From Clostridia bacterium (GTDB lineage: Bacteria > Bacillota > Clostridia > Christensenellales > Aristaeellaceae): a stretch of DNA of 64,000 nucleotides. The position numbers were made by a program, and so were the translations under genes. This document shows positions 46,962 through 55,500 of the stretch, one piece after another. The notes under the pieces were generated by a model, which saw only the letters and a program-made list of their open reading frames with translations, made no database searches and was not told the DNA's origin. The DNA lies in the NCBI GenBank assembly GCA_017545905.1, contig JAFWXL010000044.1, positions 758-64,757 of the forward strand. Reading direction: 5' to 3'. Within the stretch, counting starts at the first letter, position 1. Each line of letters opens with the position of its first letter.

Positions 46962-47038
46962 TCCTCTTCCGAACAGCTTTACAATATGAAGTCATCCAGT
47001 GCTCGCAGCAAGGTTTTTCGCGTAATTTCCTATTACAC

Positions 47039-47063
47039 AAAAAACCAGCACGTTTCCGTACTG
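47039..47063 (-). terminator. Rho-independent terminator immediately after tRNA-Gly
   Basis: On the minus strand, CCAGUAC-ggaaac-GUGCUGG followed by UUUUU. Confidence 0.55.
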
Positions 47064-47068
47064 GTTCG

Positions 47069-47143
47069 TTGGAGCGGTAGACGAGATTCGGACTCGCGAC
47101 ATCCACCTTGGCAAGGTGGCACTCTACCACTGAGCTACTACCG
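47069..47143 (-). tRNA. tRNA-Gly (anticodon GCC), CCA encoded
   Basis: Minus strand: GCGGTAGTAGCTCAGTGGTAGAGTGCCACCTTGCCAAGGTGGATGTCGCGAGTCCGAATCTCGTCTACCGCTCCA. It folds as a cloverleaf with anticodon stem CCACC/GGTGG and loop TTGCCAA. Confidence 0.93.
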
Positions 47144-47164
47144 CATCGCTCATCAACGAAAAGT

Positions 47165-47193
47165 ATTATACATCTCAATCAGAGCATTGTCAA
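47165..47193 (-). promoter_or_regulatory. Consensus sigma-A promoter for tRNA-Gly
   Basis: On the minus strand, TTGACA-17 nt-TATAAT, about 20 nt upstream of the mature tRNA 5' end. Confidence 0.6.
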
Positions 47194-47204
47194 CCCTTTT
47201 TAAC

Positions 47205-47228
47205 AAAAAAGAGAGACTTTCGTCTCTC
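47205..47228 (-). terminator. Rho-independent terminator after the SH3b/unknown-domain gene
   Basis: On the minus strand, GAGAGAC-gaaa-GUCUCUC followed by UUUUUU. Confidence 0.55.
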
Positions 47229-47263
47229 TGATGTGCAGAAATCTGCATTCATTCATGGCTCGT

Positions 47264-48313
47264 TCACTCGCTCAGCGCCAGAATAATGCCCGCAAGATCG
47301 ACATAGCCGCTGGCCTCCCTGCTGCCGAAACGCCAGTACACCCTGTCAAGCGCGCTGAGATACGCCTGTTCCGTCACTGTCTGCCCATTAAACACATAGT
47401 GATTGCAGATGTAGCGCTGCTGCGACTCATCCCAGCCCTCGGGATTGTCATATTCACCGTAAGCGATCAGATGCCACTTGCCATTCCGGATTTCATATAC
47501 GTCATCATAGTAATAACCCATATGCCCGTCAGAATTGCACAGCAGGTTTTCCCGCTCCCGATAAGTAAAACCGAGTCTTCTGGTCTGCAGGACATCCATC
47601 AAGCCGTCATGCCACGTGAGGATCTGGCAACCGCCCGCCTCAGCGCCGGTATGAATCACCAGTTCGGGAATACTGTCGTGATCCACATAGATCAGGCAAT
47701 ACTTCATCGCATCGTGATAATTGGCAAGGATATACGACCGGTAAGCCGCTTTCCATGCCTGAACAGGCGCATATGTCGGCGCAGGCGTGATGACCGGCCT
47801 GTAATCGCTGTTATCGGCGGAATCTCCCTTTGCATAGACAAGGCTTGAGCTGATAAAACCTTTTTCGCCCTTGTATTCGACATAGTACCAGTGTTCGTCT
47901 GTCTCACCCATGATGGTGACACGCTCACCGGTTTCCACATTGCGGATAAACTGGTATTCCGTTGACGGACCCTTGCGCATTCTGGCATAGTTGGTCGCGG
48001 TGATCGTTCCGGTCATAAATCTCGGTGTCACACGATCTGCCGCATTGCCCGTTCGCAGGTACTCGCCCTTCATGTAGCCGTGTTCCCGGCCGATTTTCAC
48101 GTAGACCCAGTTGTCATCAGGGTCGGATTCGAGCGAAACCTGCGTGCCCGTAAAAAACAGACCCATCGAGTCGGATTTCGACGTCGGTTCCTCGCGCAGA
48201 TGCAGCTTGCCGCTGGGCGCATAGACAACCGCCTTACCATAATCTGCCAGCGCGCTGCTGCCAGCAATCGCCAGCAATATCGTCAGCGCTACAATCCCCA
48301 TCCATTTACGCAT
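47264..48313 (-). CDS. Secreted SH3b-domain protein with a C-terminal domain of unknown function
   Basis: AGGAGG RBS, signal peptide MRKWMGIVALTILLAIAGSSALA, two SH3b-like modules, a Pro-rich linker, and a C-terminal domain of about 170 aa (..YVDHDSIPELVIHTGAEAGG..). Confidence 0.8.
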   Translation of the reverse strand: MRKWMGIVALTILLAIAGSSALADYGKAVVYAPSGKLHLREEPTSKSDSMGLFFTGTQVSLESDPDDNWVYVKIGREHGYMKGEYLRTGNAADRVTPRFMTGTITATNYARMRKGPSTEYQFIRNVETGERVTIMGETDEHWYYVEYKGEKGFISSSLVYAKGDSADNSDYRPVITPAPTYAPVQAWKAAYRSYILANYHDAMKYCLIYVDHDSIPELVIHTGAEAGGCQILTWHDGLMDVLQTRRLGFTYRERENLLCNSDGHMGYYYDDVYEIRNGKWHLIAYGEYDNPEGWDESQQRYICNHYVFNGQTVTEQAYLSALDRVYWRFGSREASGYVDLAGIILALSE

Positions 48314-48387
48314 GCAAAACCCCTCCTGCATCGTCTTTGATGATAAGACGAATGACAGGCGGGATTTCTTGCCATTTTCTGAAAAAA

Positions 48388-48972
48388 TTATGATCTGAAT
48401 GTGAACAGACCGTCCCGACTGCAGCCGATGTAATATGTGCATCTGGGCAGATACGGCAGGCGCGTTTCACCGCCCTGCTCAGGATACAGCCTCACCAGCA
48501 GTACGCGGTCATACCCCACACAGGCAATAAAACTGATAAAATGCGTCTTGTCCATTGAATGATCAAACGCCGCGTGAATCTCGCCGTCCATGGGCGTGAG
48601 GCGAAGCTGGTGCGCATCGTCGCACGGCGCAGGCTTCATCGCCTCCAGTGCCCGACCGCAGCAGGAAATCCGTGCATCGCCTGCCGCAGTGATCACATTG
48701 CCGCATACAGGGCAAACGTAAAACCGGATTCTTCTCATGTTTCCTCCATCCTTTCTGCTTACATGCATTTCGCCGGATAGGATACTGCACACATCCGCGT
48801 CAAGCAAGTCTGCAAGCGCACGAAGAAGCGAAGTATCCGGGCAGCCCAGAGCGCGCTCCCACTTGGAGACTGCCTGCTCGCTGACAAGCAGTTCCTGCGC
48901 CAGCTGCCTCTGCGTCATTCCCTTTTCCATGCGCAGCCTGCGGATCAGCGCGCCTGTCTTGTTTGCATCCAT
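48388..48972 (-). CDS. XRE-family HTH protein fused to a desulforedoxin-type Cys4 motif and a superoxide-reductase-like domain
   Basis: HTH_3 region MTQRQLAQELLVSEQAVSKWER, followed by YVCPVCGN-x11-SCCG. After that come AHQL..DHSMDKTHFISFI..GCSRD, which align to Dfx centre II ligands. Confidence 0.85.
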   Translation of the reverse strand: MDANKTGALIRRLRMEKGMTQRQLAQELLVSEQAVSKWERALGCPDTSLLRALADLLDADVCSILSGEMHVSRKDGGNMRRIRFYVCPVCGNVITAAGDARISCCGRALEAMKPAPCDDAHQLRLTPMDGEIHAAFDHSMDKTHFISFIACVGYDRVLLVRLYPEQGGETRLPYLPRCTYYIGCSRDGLFTFRS

Positions 48973-49046
48973 ATTCTCCCCTCCTTATGCATCCATGATA
49001 ACGCAGGGATGGCGGAAAATCAATCAACGCTCCGATGAGCCGCAGC

Positions 49047-49079
49047 AAAACAAAACGCGGAGGCACTTTCCTCCGCGTT
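49047..49079 (-). terminator. Rho-independent terminator after era
   Basis: On the minus strand, AACGCGGAGG-aaagug-CCUCCGCGUU followed by UUGUUUUG. Confidence 0.6.
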
Positions 49080-49084
49080 GATGA

Positions 49085-49978
49085 TTACATATTCTCGTAG
49101 CCAAGCGTACGCAGGTCGTCCATGCGGTTGCGCCAATCCTCGCGGATCTTGACCCACAGCTGCAGATTGATGCGAGTACCCAGCAGATTTTCGATGTCCT
49201 TTCGGGATTCCTGACCAATGGTGCGCAGCATCGCACCCTGCTTGCCGATGATGATGCCCTTATGGCTGGCGCGCTCGCAGTAAATCGTCGCATGAATCTC
49301 AGTCATATTCTCGCTCAGCTTCTGGATGCGCATCATCTCCACGCCGATGCCATGCGGCACCTCCTCGCGCAAATGCAGCAGCGCCTTCTCACGGATAATC
49401 TCCGCGCAGATCAGTCGCTCCGGCTGATCGGTCATCATGTCATCCGGGAAATACTTGGGCCCCTGCGGCAGGAAAGAGACAATGAGCGCACGCAGCTTGT
49501 CCATATTCCTGCCTGTGCGCGCACTGACCGGAACGATCGCATCGTACTTCTGCGCAGAGAAGGACTGAATCGTCGCCATCAGCTTCGCCTCATCAACGAT
49601 ATCAGTCTTATTGAGCACAAGGATCTTCTTCACCTTGCGCGCAGCCATCTCCTCAACAATTGCGCGGTCCTGCGGACCCACGTCATTCACATCCACCAGC
49701 ACCAGCAGCACATCAATGCCATCCATCGCATCCTGCACAGAGCGGACCATATACTCGCCCAGCTTCGTGCGCGGCTTGTGCAGGCCGGGCGTATCGAGGA
49801 AGACGATCTGATGATCCTTTTCGGTGGCGACGCCCATGATGCGGTTGCGGGTCGTCTGGGGACGATTGGAAACGATGGCGACCTTTTCGCCGACCATCGC
49901 GTTCATCATTGTGGATTTTCCAACATTCGGACGACCGACGATTGCGGCAAAGCCCGAAAGGAACTGATTTTCTTTCAT
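49085..49978 (-). CDS. era: GTPase Era
   Basis: G1 GRPNVGKST, G3 DTPG, G4 NKTD, and a C-terminal KH domain. Confidence 0.96.
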   Translation of the reverse strand: MKENQFLSGFAAIVGRPNVGKSTMMNAMVGEKVAIVSNRPQTTRNRIMGVATEKDHQIVFLDTPGLHKPRTKLGEYMVRSVQDAMDGIDVLLVLVDVNDVGPQDRAIVEEMAARKVKKILVLNKTDIVDEAKLMATIQSFSAQKYDAIVPVSARTGRNMDKLRALIVSFLPQGPKYFPDDMMTDQPERLICAEIIREKALLHLREEVPHGIGVEMMRIQKLSENMTEIHATIYCERASHKGIIIGKQGAMLRTIGQESRKDIENLLGTRINLQLWVKIREDWRNRMDDLRTLGYENM

Positions 49979-49993
49979 GATTACCTCTTTTGC

Positions 49994-50887
49994 TTAAATA
50001 TCCAGGGACGAAGGGCCAAAACCCTCCGGCAGCAGCGCACGCAGCGTGGTCCTGCGGACATTGCCGTCCCATGTGACCATCACGCGCAGATCCGGCGCAA
50101 ACTCATACAGCGACTGGCGGCACGCCCCGCACGGAAAGGGCGCTGAGCCGCGGGCAGCGATTGCAATGGCCTCAAACTCGCGCGCCCCTTCGCTGACCGC
50201 CTTGAACAGCGCCGTGCGTTCAGCGCACATGGTGTTTCCATAGGCAGCGTTCTCAACATTGCACCCGGTGAACACACGGCCATCCTTGGCAAGCAGCGCC
50301 GCGCCGACCGCGTAATGAGAGTATGGTACGTAGGAATACGCAAGCATGCCAACGGCTGTTTCCAGCAGCTTTTCATCCGTCACAGCGATTTCCTCCCTTG
50401 TCAGGCCGATTGCGGCAAGCGCTTTTTCCTCCATGGCGCGCATCACCGGCTTGTCCCCGTCGGTCATATGGTCGTAACCCATCAGATGGAACAGACCATG
50501 TGTGAGCAGATATCCCGTCTCGCGTCGCTCGCTGTGGCCGTATTCCGCCGCCTGCGCGCGAACATGATCCATCGAGATAATGATATCGCCCAGATGGCAT
50601 GCGCCCGTTTCCGGGTCATACTCGCGCCTGAGCAGCTTTTCGCAGCTGCCGGCAGTTTTTCCCTTCGGGTAATTGACCGTCGGGAAGGAGAGCACGTCTG
50701 TGGAAGCATCCTTGCCCCGCTGCTCACGGTTGATCGTCTGAATCTCGCCGTCGTCCACAATGCGCACATATACGGCCAGCGGCACGCTTACGCCTTCCGC
50801 CGCTTTGGCGCTGCCTGCACAGCGCTGCATAAGCGCTCTGTCCTGCTCATCGAGCAGCTGCAGCTCGTCTTCAATCTCCAGAATCAT
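49994..50887 (-). CDS. Fusion protein: rRNA maturation endoribonuclease YbeY (N-terminal) and cytidine deaminase (C-terminal)
   Basis: The YbeY zinc motif HGLFHLMGYDH lies in the first half. The tetrameric-type Cdd motifs CAERTALF and PCGACRQ lie in the second half, within a single 297-aa ORF. Confidence 0.9.
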   Translation of the reverse strand: MILEIEDELQLLDEQDRALMQRCAGSAKAAEGVSVPLAVYVRIVDDGEIQTINREQRGKDASTDVLSFPTVNYPKGKTAGSCEKLLRREYDPETGACHLGDIIISMDHVRAQAAEYGHSERRETGYLLTHGLFHLMGYDHMTDGDKPVMRAMEEKALAAIGLTREEIAVTDEKLLETAVGMLAYSYVPYSHYAVGAALLAKDGRVFTGCNVENAAYGNTMCAERTALFKAVSEGAREFEAIAIAARGSAPFPCGACRQSLYEFAPDLRVMVTWDGNVRRTTLRALLPEGFGPSSLDI

Positions 50888-53343
50888 TTCTGTGCCTCCG
50901 CCTGTACGGCCTCCTGCTTTGCCTCATTGCCGCTTTCCTGTTTCAAGGCAGCAGCTGCTTCCGGCTTTTCGCCAGGATGCTTTTCCGACTTCGGATGCGC
51001 AGGCTTGACCGGCAGCGCTTTGGCCGGTTCCGCTTTGTCCGCAGCAGCAGCCTTCATCGGCGCCGCTTTGGGCTGCGCCGCGGGCCTGTTCTGCTCAGCC
51101 TTTTGCTGCCTGGGCTGCGCAGCCTGTTTGCTTTCTTTTGTTTCAGCCGGCTTTTGCTGCGCAGGCTTAGCGCCGGCATTCTTGCGCTGAGCAGGCTTGC
51201 GACCGTGGTTTCCATGCTGGCGCTTGGGCCTGTTCAGATCGACAGACGGATATTCAATGCGCTCGTGGAATACGCCCTTGAGCACATTCTCATACGCCTT
51301 GCAGATCTTGCCGATATCGCGGAAGGTCAGTGTACATTCGTCAAGCTGCCCATCCTCCATTTTGCCGCGCACCAGCTTGGTGATCATCGCGGAGATCTTC
51401 TCCTGAGTCGGCTCTGGAATCGAGCGGACAGCCGCCTCAACGGTATCCGAAAGCATCAGAATAGCCGCCTCAGCCGTCTGCGGCTTGGGCCCGTCATAGC
51501 GGAAGTCGTCGATATCGACATTCTCCTCGCCCATCTGCTTGACCGTCTTGGCATAGAAATACATTGCAGCGGTATCGCCGTGGTGCTGCTGAATCATGTC
51601 GATGATCTGCTCCGGCAGATGATGCTTGCGTGCAAGCTCCACGCCGTCACGGGTATGCTCGGTCAGGATCGCCGTAGACACGCGCGGATCGGTCTTGTCG
51701 TGCGGATTCTCGCCGATCTGATTCTCCTTGAAATAGATCGGACGAATCAGCTTGCCGATATCATGATAGTAAGCGCCCACGCGCGTGAGCACTGCATCCG
51801 CGCCGATGGCTTCCGCCGCCGCCTCCGCGAGGTTGGCCACAACCATCGAATGATGGTAGGTACCCGGGGTTTCGATCATCAACCGGCGCAGCAGCGGGTG
51901 ATTCGGATTGGAAAGTTCAATGAGCTTCGACGGCGTCACCAGATTGAACGCAGCCTCCAGAATCGGCTGCAAGCCCACGCACATGATCGATGCAATGACA
52001 GCGCCCAGCAGCGCATGCATCACGATGCTCAGCAGACTGCCAATATTGCCAGAAATCAGCACATTGATGCACAGCAGCAGCAACACATCCGCAATGCCGA
52101 CAATCAGGCCCGTGACAAACACATACACGCGGGCAGGGTTGCGTCGCATCAGGTAAATGGAGAGCATGCCTCCGGCATTGGTCATCAGCAGGACGCTGAG
52201 CATCTGCGAGGTTTCCAGTCCGGGGCCCATCACCGTGAGGAATGTGATCATCATGGAGATGGCGAAATTGATCACATACGCCGGACGTGCGCCGAGCAGA
52301 TTGACCACCAGCATTGCCGAGAGCATCACAGGCATCGCATTCACGCTGATATACTGGCCGAAGATCAGGCTGAGCGTCAGCGTGATCACCGCGGCAATGA
52401 GCATAACAAACGCATGCTTGCCGGCATGGAGCAGCTGAGGGGCGAACAGCAGAATAAACAGATACGTTGCCGCCAGGATAATCGCCAGAATGATCGCAAC
52501 GCCCGCATAGGGCTTCACATCAAAACCGTCACCCCGCAGCAGGCCCAACGCTTCCAGCACGGCAATCTGCTCTGAGCTGACGCGGTCGCCCTTCATAACG
52601 ATATTCTGATCCTGCTTATACACCGTCGGCTCAACAGCCTCATAGGCGCGCAGGCGGTTTTCTTCGGTTGCCGCCTGATCTATGAGCATATTGGGCTGCA
52701 GACATGCGCGCAGCGTCGGAATCGCCACGTTATACCACAGATCGGTACGCGTGTTGTAGGCAACGATCTGCTGAATGTTGTTGATCGAGTCGCTGATCTG
52801 GCCTTCAGTGATGGTGGAGACCAGCGTAGTGCGTGTGGCGGAGATGACGCTCTGATACAGCGTTTCAAAGTCACGCTCTGCCGTATTCATGACTGTGCGC
52901 AGCTGGTAATTGCTCAGCCTGACCTTGCTGAGCATGCCCTGTGCCTGACCGTAGTCCTCATCGCTGAAAGACTGCCCGTCATCGCTCCAGCCGCCTTTGA
53001 TCTGCTGCCCGAGCTCACGCACGGCGCGCAGCTCGGAAAAGGCCTCTTCCATATCGGCCATCACGGTATCCGATACGCTGTCATCCTTGAAATAGACCGG
53101 AGAAACCGCATCGGACGCCTGCTGGCGGCGGCGCTCGGTCGTGATTTCATCGATGATATCGCGGCTGGCTGTGATCGTCTGCGGGGAAACGTCGCCCACG
53201 CTCAGATCATACTGCTCCGGCGAAATCGCCATAAAGCAGATCAGAAGCAGCACCGCATACACAAGCAGCCAGAACAGCATCTGTCTGACGCGGTGGCCGA
53301 GCACATCAAGCCATGCCGTGCGCTTCATTGATGATTCTTCCAT
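50884..53343 (-). CDS. pgpH: PgpH/YqfF-type 7TM-HD membrane phosphohydrolase with a C-terminal low-complexity tail
   Basis: Extracellular domain, 7TM region and HD domain (HHSMVVANLAE..YYHDIGK), followed by a 116-aa K/A/P/Q/E-rich tail. AGGAGG RBS upstream; its stop overlaps the ybeY start (ATGA). Confidence 0.9.
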   Translation of the reverse strand: MEESSMKRTAWLDVLGHRVRQMLFWLLVYAVLLLICFMAISPEQYDLSVGDVSPQTITASRDIIDEITTERRRQQASDAVSPVYFKDDSVSDTVMADMEEAFSELRAVRELGQQIKGGWSDDGQSFSDEDYGQAQGMLSKVRLSNYQLRTVMNTAERDFETLYQSVISATRTTLVSTITEGQISDSINNIQQIVAYNTRTDLWYNVAIPTLRACLQPNMLIDQAATEENRLRAYEAVEPTVYKQDQNIVMKGDRVSSEQIAVLEALGLLRGDGFDVKPYAGVAIILAIILAATYLFILLFAPQLLHAGKHAFVMLIAAVITLTLSLIFGQYISVNAMPVMLSAMLVVNLLGARPAYVINFAISMMITFLTVMGPGLETSQMLSVLLMTNAGGMLSIYLMRRNPARVYVFVTGLIVGIADVLLLLCINVLISGNIGSLLSIVMHALLGAVIASIMCVGLQPILEAAFNLVTPSKLIELSNPNHPLLRRLMIETPGTYHHSMVVANLAEAAAEAIGADAVLTRVGAYYHDIGKLIRPIYFKENQIGENPHDKTDPRVSTAILTEHTRDGVELARKHHLPEQIIDMIQQHHGDTAAMYFYAKTVKQMGEENVDIDDFRYDGPKPQTAEAAILMLSDTVEAAVRSIPEPTQEKISAMITKLVRGKMEDGQLDECTLTFRDIGKICKAYENVLKGVFHERIEYPSVDLNRPKRQHGNHGRKPAQRKNAGAKPAQQKPAETKESKQAAQPRQQKAEQNRPAAQPKAAPMKAAAADKAEPAKALPVKPAHPKSEKHPGEKPEAAAALKQESGNEAKQEAVQAEAQK

Positions 53344-54316
53344 CGCTCATTTCCTCCTTTGCGCGGATCGCATGCGCATCATAAGCGCGAACGATCGCCT
53401 GCACCAGCTCATGGCGAACCACGTCCTGATGCGTCAGGCGCTGCACGGCAATATCCGGTACGCCGGTGAGCACCTCCACGGCCTCGATCAGGCCGCTCTT
53501 CCTGCCGCGGGGCAGGTCAATCTGCGACGGATCGCCCGTCACGACAATCTTGGACCTGAAACCCATGCGCGTCAGGAACATCTTCATCTGCTCCGTCGTG
53601 GTATTCTGCGCCTCATCGAGAATGATGAACGCATCGGACAGCGTACGCCCGCGCATATAGGCCAGCGGAGCCACCTCAATGACCCCGCGCTCCTGCATGC
53701 GCTGACACGTCTCCGCACCCAGCATCTCAAACATCGCATCGTACAGCGGACGCAGATAGGGATCGACCTTCTGATTCAGATCACCCGGCAGAAAACCCAG
53801 CTTTTCACCGGCTTCAACGGCCGGACGGGTCAGCACGATGCGCTCAACCTCTTTGCTCTTGAGGGCGGAAACCGCCATTGCCATAGCCAGATAGGTTTTG
53901 CCCGTGCCCGCCGGGCCTACGCCCAGCGTCAGCGTGTTTTTCTTGATCGCCTTGACATAGTCGCGCTGGCCAAGCGTCTTGCAGCGGATCGGCCGACCGC
54001 GGAATGTTGTAGCGACCACTTCCTTGAACAGGGTATCCAGCTGATCCAGCTCGTCCTTCATCACCAGATTCACCGCGTACTGCACCAGCGCGGTATCCAC
54101 GCGCTCGCCGCGGGCGCACAGCGCGCCGAGGCTGCCGAGCACGCGCTCAGCCAGATCGACATTTTCCTCCCGCTCGCCTTCCACGATGATCTCTCCGGCG
54201 CGCAGCGCAATATGCACGCTGAGCAGCTGCTCAAGCAGGCGCACATTCTCGTCACCCGTGCCGAACAGATTCTGAATTGCCCCGCTCAGCGGGGCATAAC
54301 TCATTTCCTCTACCAA
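53306..54316 (-). CDS. phoH: PhoH-family ATPase
   Basis: Walker A GPAGTGKTYLA and ILDEAQN. TTG start 9 nt after AGGAGG; the 3' end overlaps the pgpH start by 38 nt. Confidence 0.93.
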   Translation of the reverse strand: MVEEMSYAPLSGAIQNLFGTGDENVRLLEQLLSVHIALRAGEIIVEGEREENVDLAERVLGSLGALCARGERVDTALVQYAVNLVMKDELDQLDTLFKEVVATTFRGRPIRCKTLGQRDYVKAIKKNTLTLGVGPAGTGKTYLAMAMAVSALKSKEVERIVLTRPAVEAGEKLGFLPGDLNQKVDPYLRPLYDAMFEMLGAETCQRMQERGVIEVAPLAYMRGRTLSDAFIILDEAQNTTTEQMKMFLTRMGFRSKIVVTGDPSQIDLPRGRKSGLIEAVEVLTGVPDIAVQRLTHQDVVRHELVQAIVRAYDAHAIRAKEEMSDGRIINEAHGMA

Positions 54317-54357
54317 AGGAGCATGCCTCCTGCAAATCCCGAATTGACGGATTATCC

Positions 54358-55488
54358 TTATTTCGTTCGGCCTGCGATGGATGTCTCATACTCAAGCACC
54401 ACACTCGCATACACGAACTCATTATCTATCATACTATATTTTACCCATTTGTCAAGAATCAACGCACGCGGCGGACATTGTTCTTTGGCGATTTTTTCCG
54501 CCGCGCCCTGGGCAGTCGAAGCCGCGTCAGCCCTGCTTCGACTGATTGTGAAAACCTCTGTCTGGGCAAAGGTTTCTATCTCCCGCCACAGCGGCACAAA
54601 CAGCCCGACAACCGGCTGAATCTGCCGGCTCACATCCTGCGCGGCGAATGGCTTTGCATCGCGAACCACGCGCCTGTGCCACGGAGAAGCCACAGTCACC
54701 CGGGTGCGGATCAGCCCGGTTTCCACGGTATGCGTCTTTTTCAGGCTTACCTGCGCCTGTCCGCTGGCATATACACGCGCAATAACCTGTCCCTGCGCCC
54801 TGACCGGCATCTGCATGCCCTTTTCACTACGCTCATATCCGGCAATGAGCACCTGTCCCCTGTGCACAGCCTGTCCGGGCTCCACCAGCGGCGTTCCCTG
54901 AGAGACGGAGATTCTGGTCACAATCCCGCTCTGCGCAGCCACGATATCCTGCCCGTTTCCGCCGATGGCCAACTGCTCGCCGCCAGTCGCCGGATGGCAA
55001 TCACAAATCAGCACACTGCCGGCATAGCGAAAGGCGGCAAATGAAAGTCCAGGCAATCTGTAAGCAAGCCTTGCACGCAGATCATCCAGCGAAAACGCCG
55101 CTTTCAGTCTGCCCGTTCTTACGCCGCTTTCATCCAGAAAGCGCTGTACCTCTGCGATATTCTCGCCTGCGCCGAGCACGCGTACGTCGAGAATCATCTG
55201 CGTGGAAACAAAGACGAGCAGCAGGCACAGCGCCATGCCGACGGGAAACATCGGCCTGTGTCTCAAAAAGCGTGTCAGCCTGAGCGCAAGCCCCGGTTTT
55301 TCCTCTGCAAACAGCCAGCCCGCACGCGCGCACAGCGCCTGAAGGCGCTGCACATCTTTGGCATGCACGCGCAGCATTACCGCGCGCGGCCTGATTCTCC
55401 TTGCACCGGCAATCCAAATGCCGGCTTTTCCGGCTTCGCTCAAAAGCTTTTCGAGATTAATGCCTTCAATCCGGACCGTCACATACAT
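54358..55488 (-). CDS. yqfD: Sporulation protein YqfD
   Basis: 376 aa with a central TM segment and a YqfD-like sequence, positioned between yqfC and phoH as in Bacillus. Confidence 0.85.
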   Translation of the reverse strand: MYVTVRIEGINLEKLLSEAGKAGIWIAGARRIRPRAVMLRVHAKDVQRLQALCARAGWLFAEEKPGLALRLTRFLRHRPMFPVGMALCLLLVFVSTQMILDVRVLGAGENIAEVQRFLDESGVRTGRLKAAFSLDDLRARLAYRLPGLSFAAFRYAGSVLICDCHPATGGEQLAIGGNGQDIVAAQSGIVTRISVSQGTPLVEPGQAVHRGQVLIAGYERSEKGMQMPVRAQGQVIARVYASGQAQVSLKKTHTVETGLIRTRVTVASPWHRRVVRDAKPFAAQDVSRQIQPVVGLFVPLWREIETFAQTEVFTISRSRADAASTAQGAAEKIAKEQCPPRALILDKWVKYSMIDNEFVYASVVLEYETSIAGRTK

Positions 55489-55500
55489 GCCAAGCGCCCC

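Noticed and set aside
44914-46989. A 691-aa plus-strand ORF spanning GH43, the NDT gene, a promoter and a terminator.
   Set aside because: It runs through regulatory elements and two real genes on the other strand, and has no domain signatures.
46381-47178. The N-terminally extended version of the NDT ORF (265 aa). Similar over-extended track ORFs are 43154-44200, 44046-44807, 18385-19173, 36317-37282, 34126-34800, 10899-12044, 32890-33807 and 61301-62797.
   Set aside because: The extensions run through a tRNA gene, terminators, promoters or the 3' end of the upstream gene. Internal starts with good RBS spacing give proteins of canonical family length.
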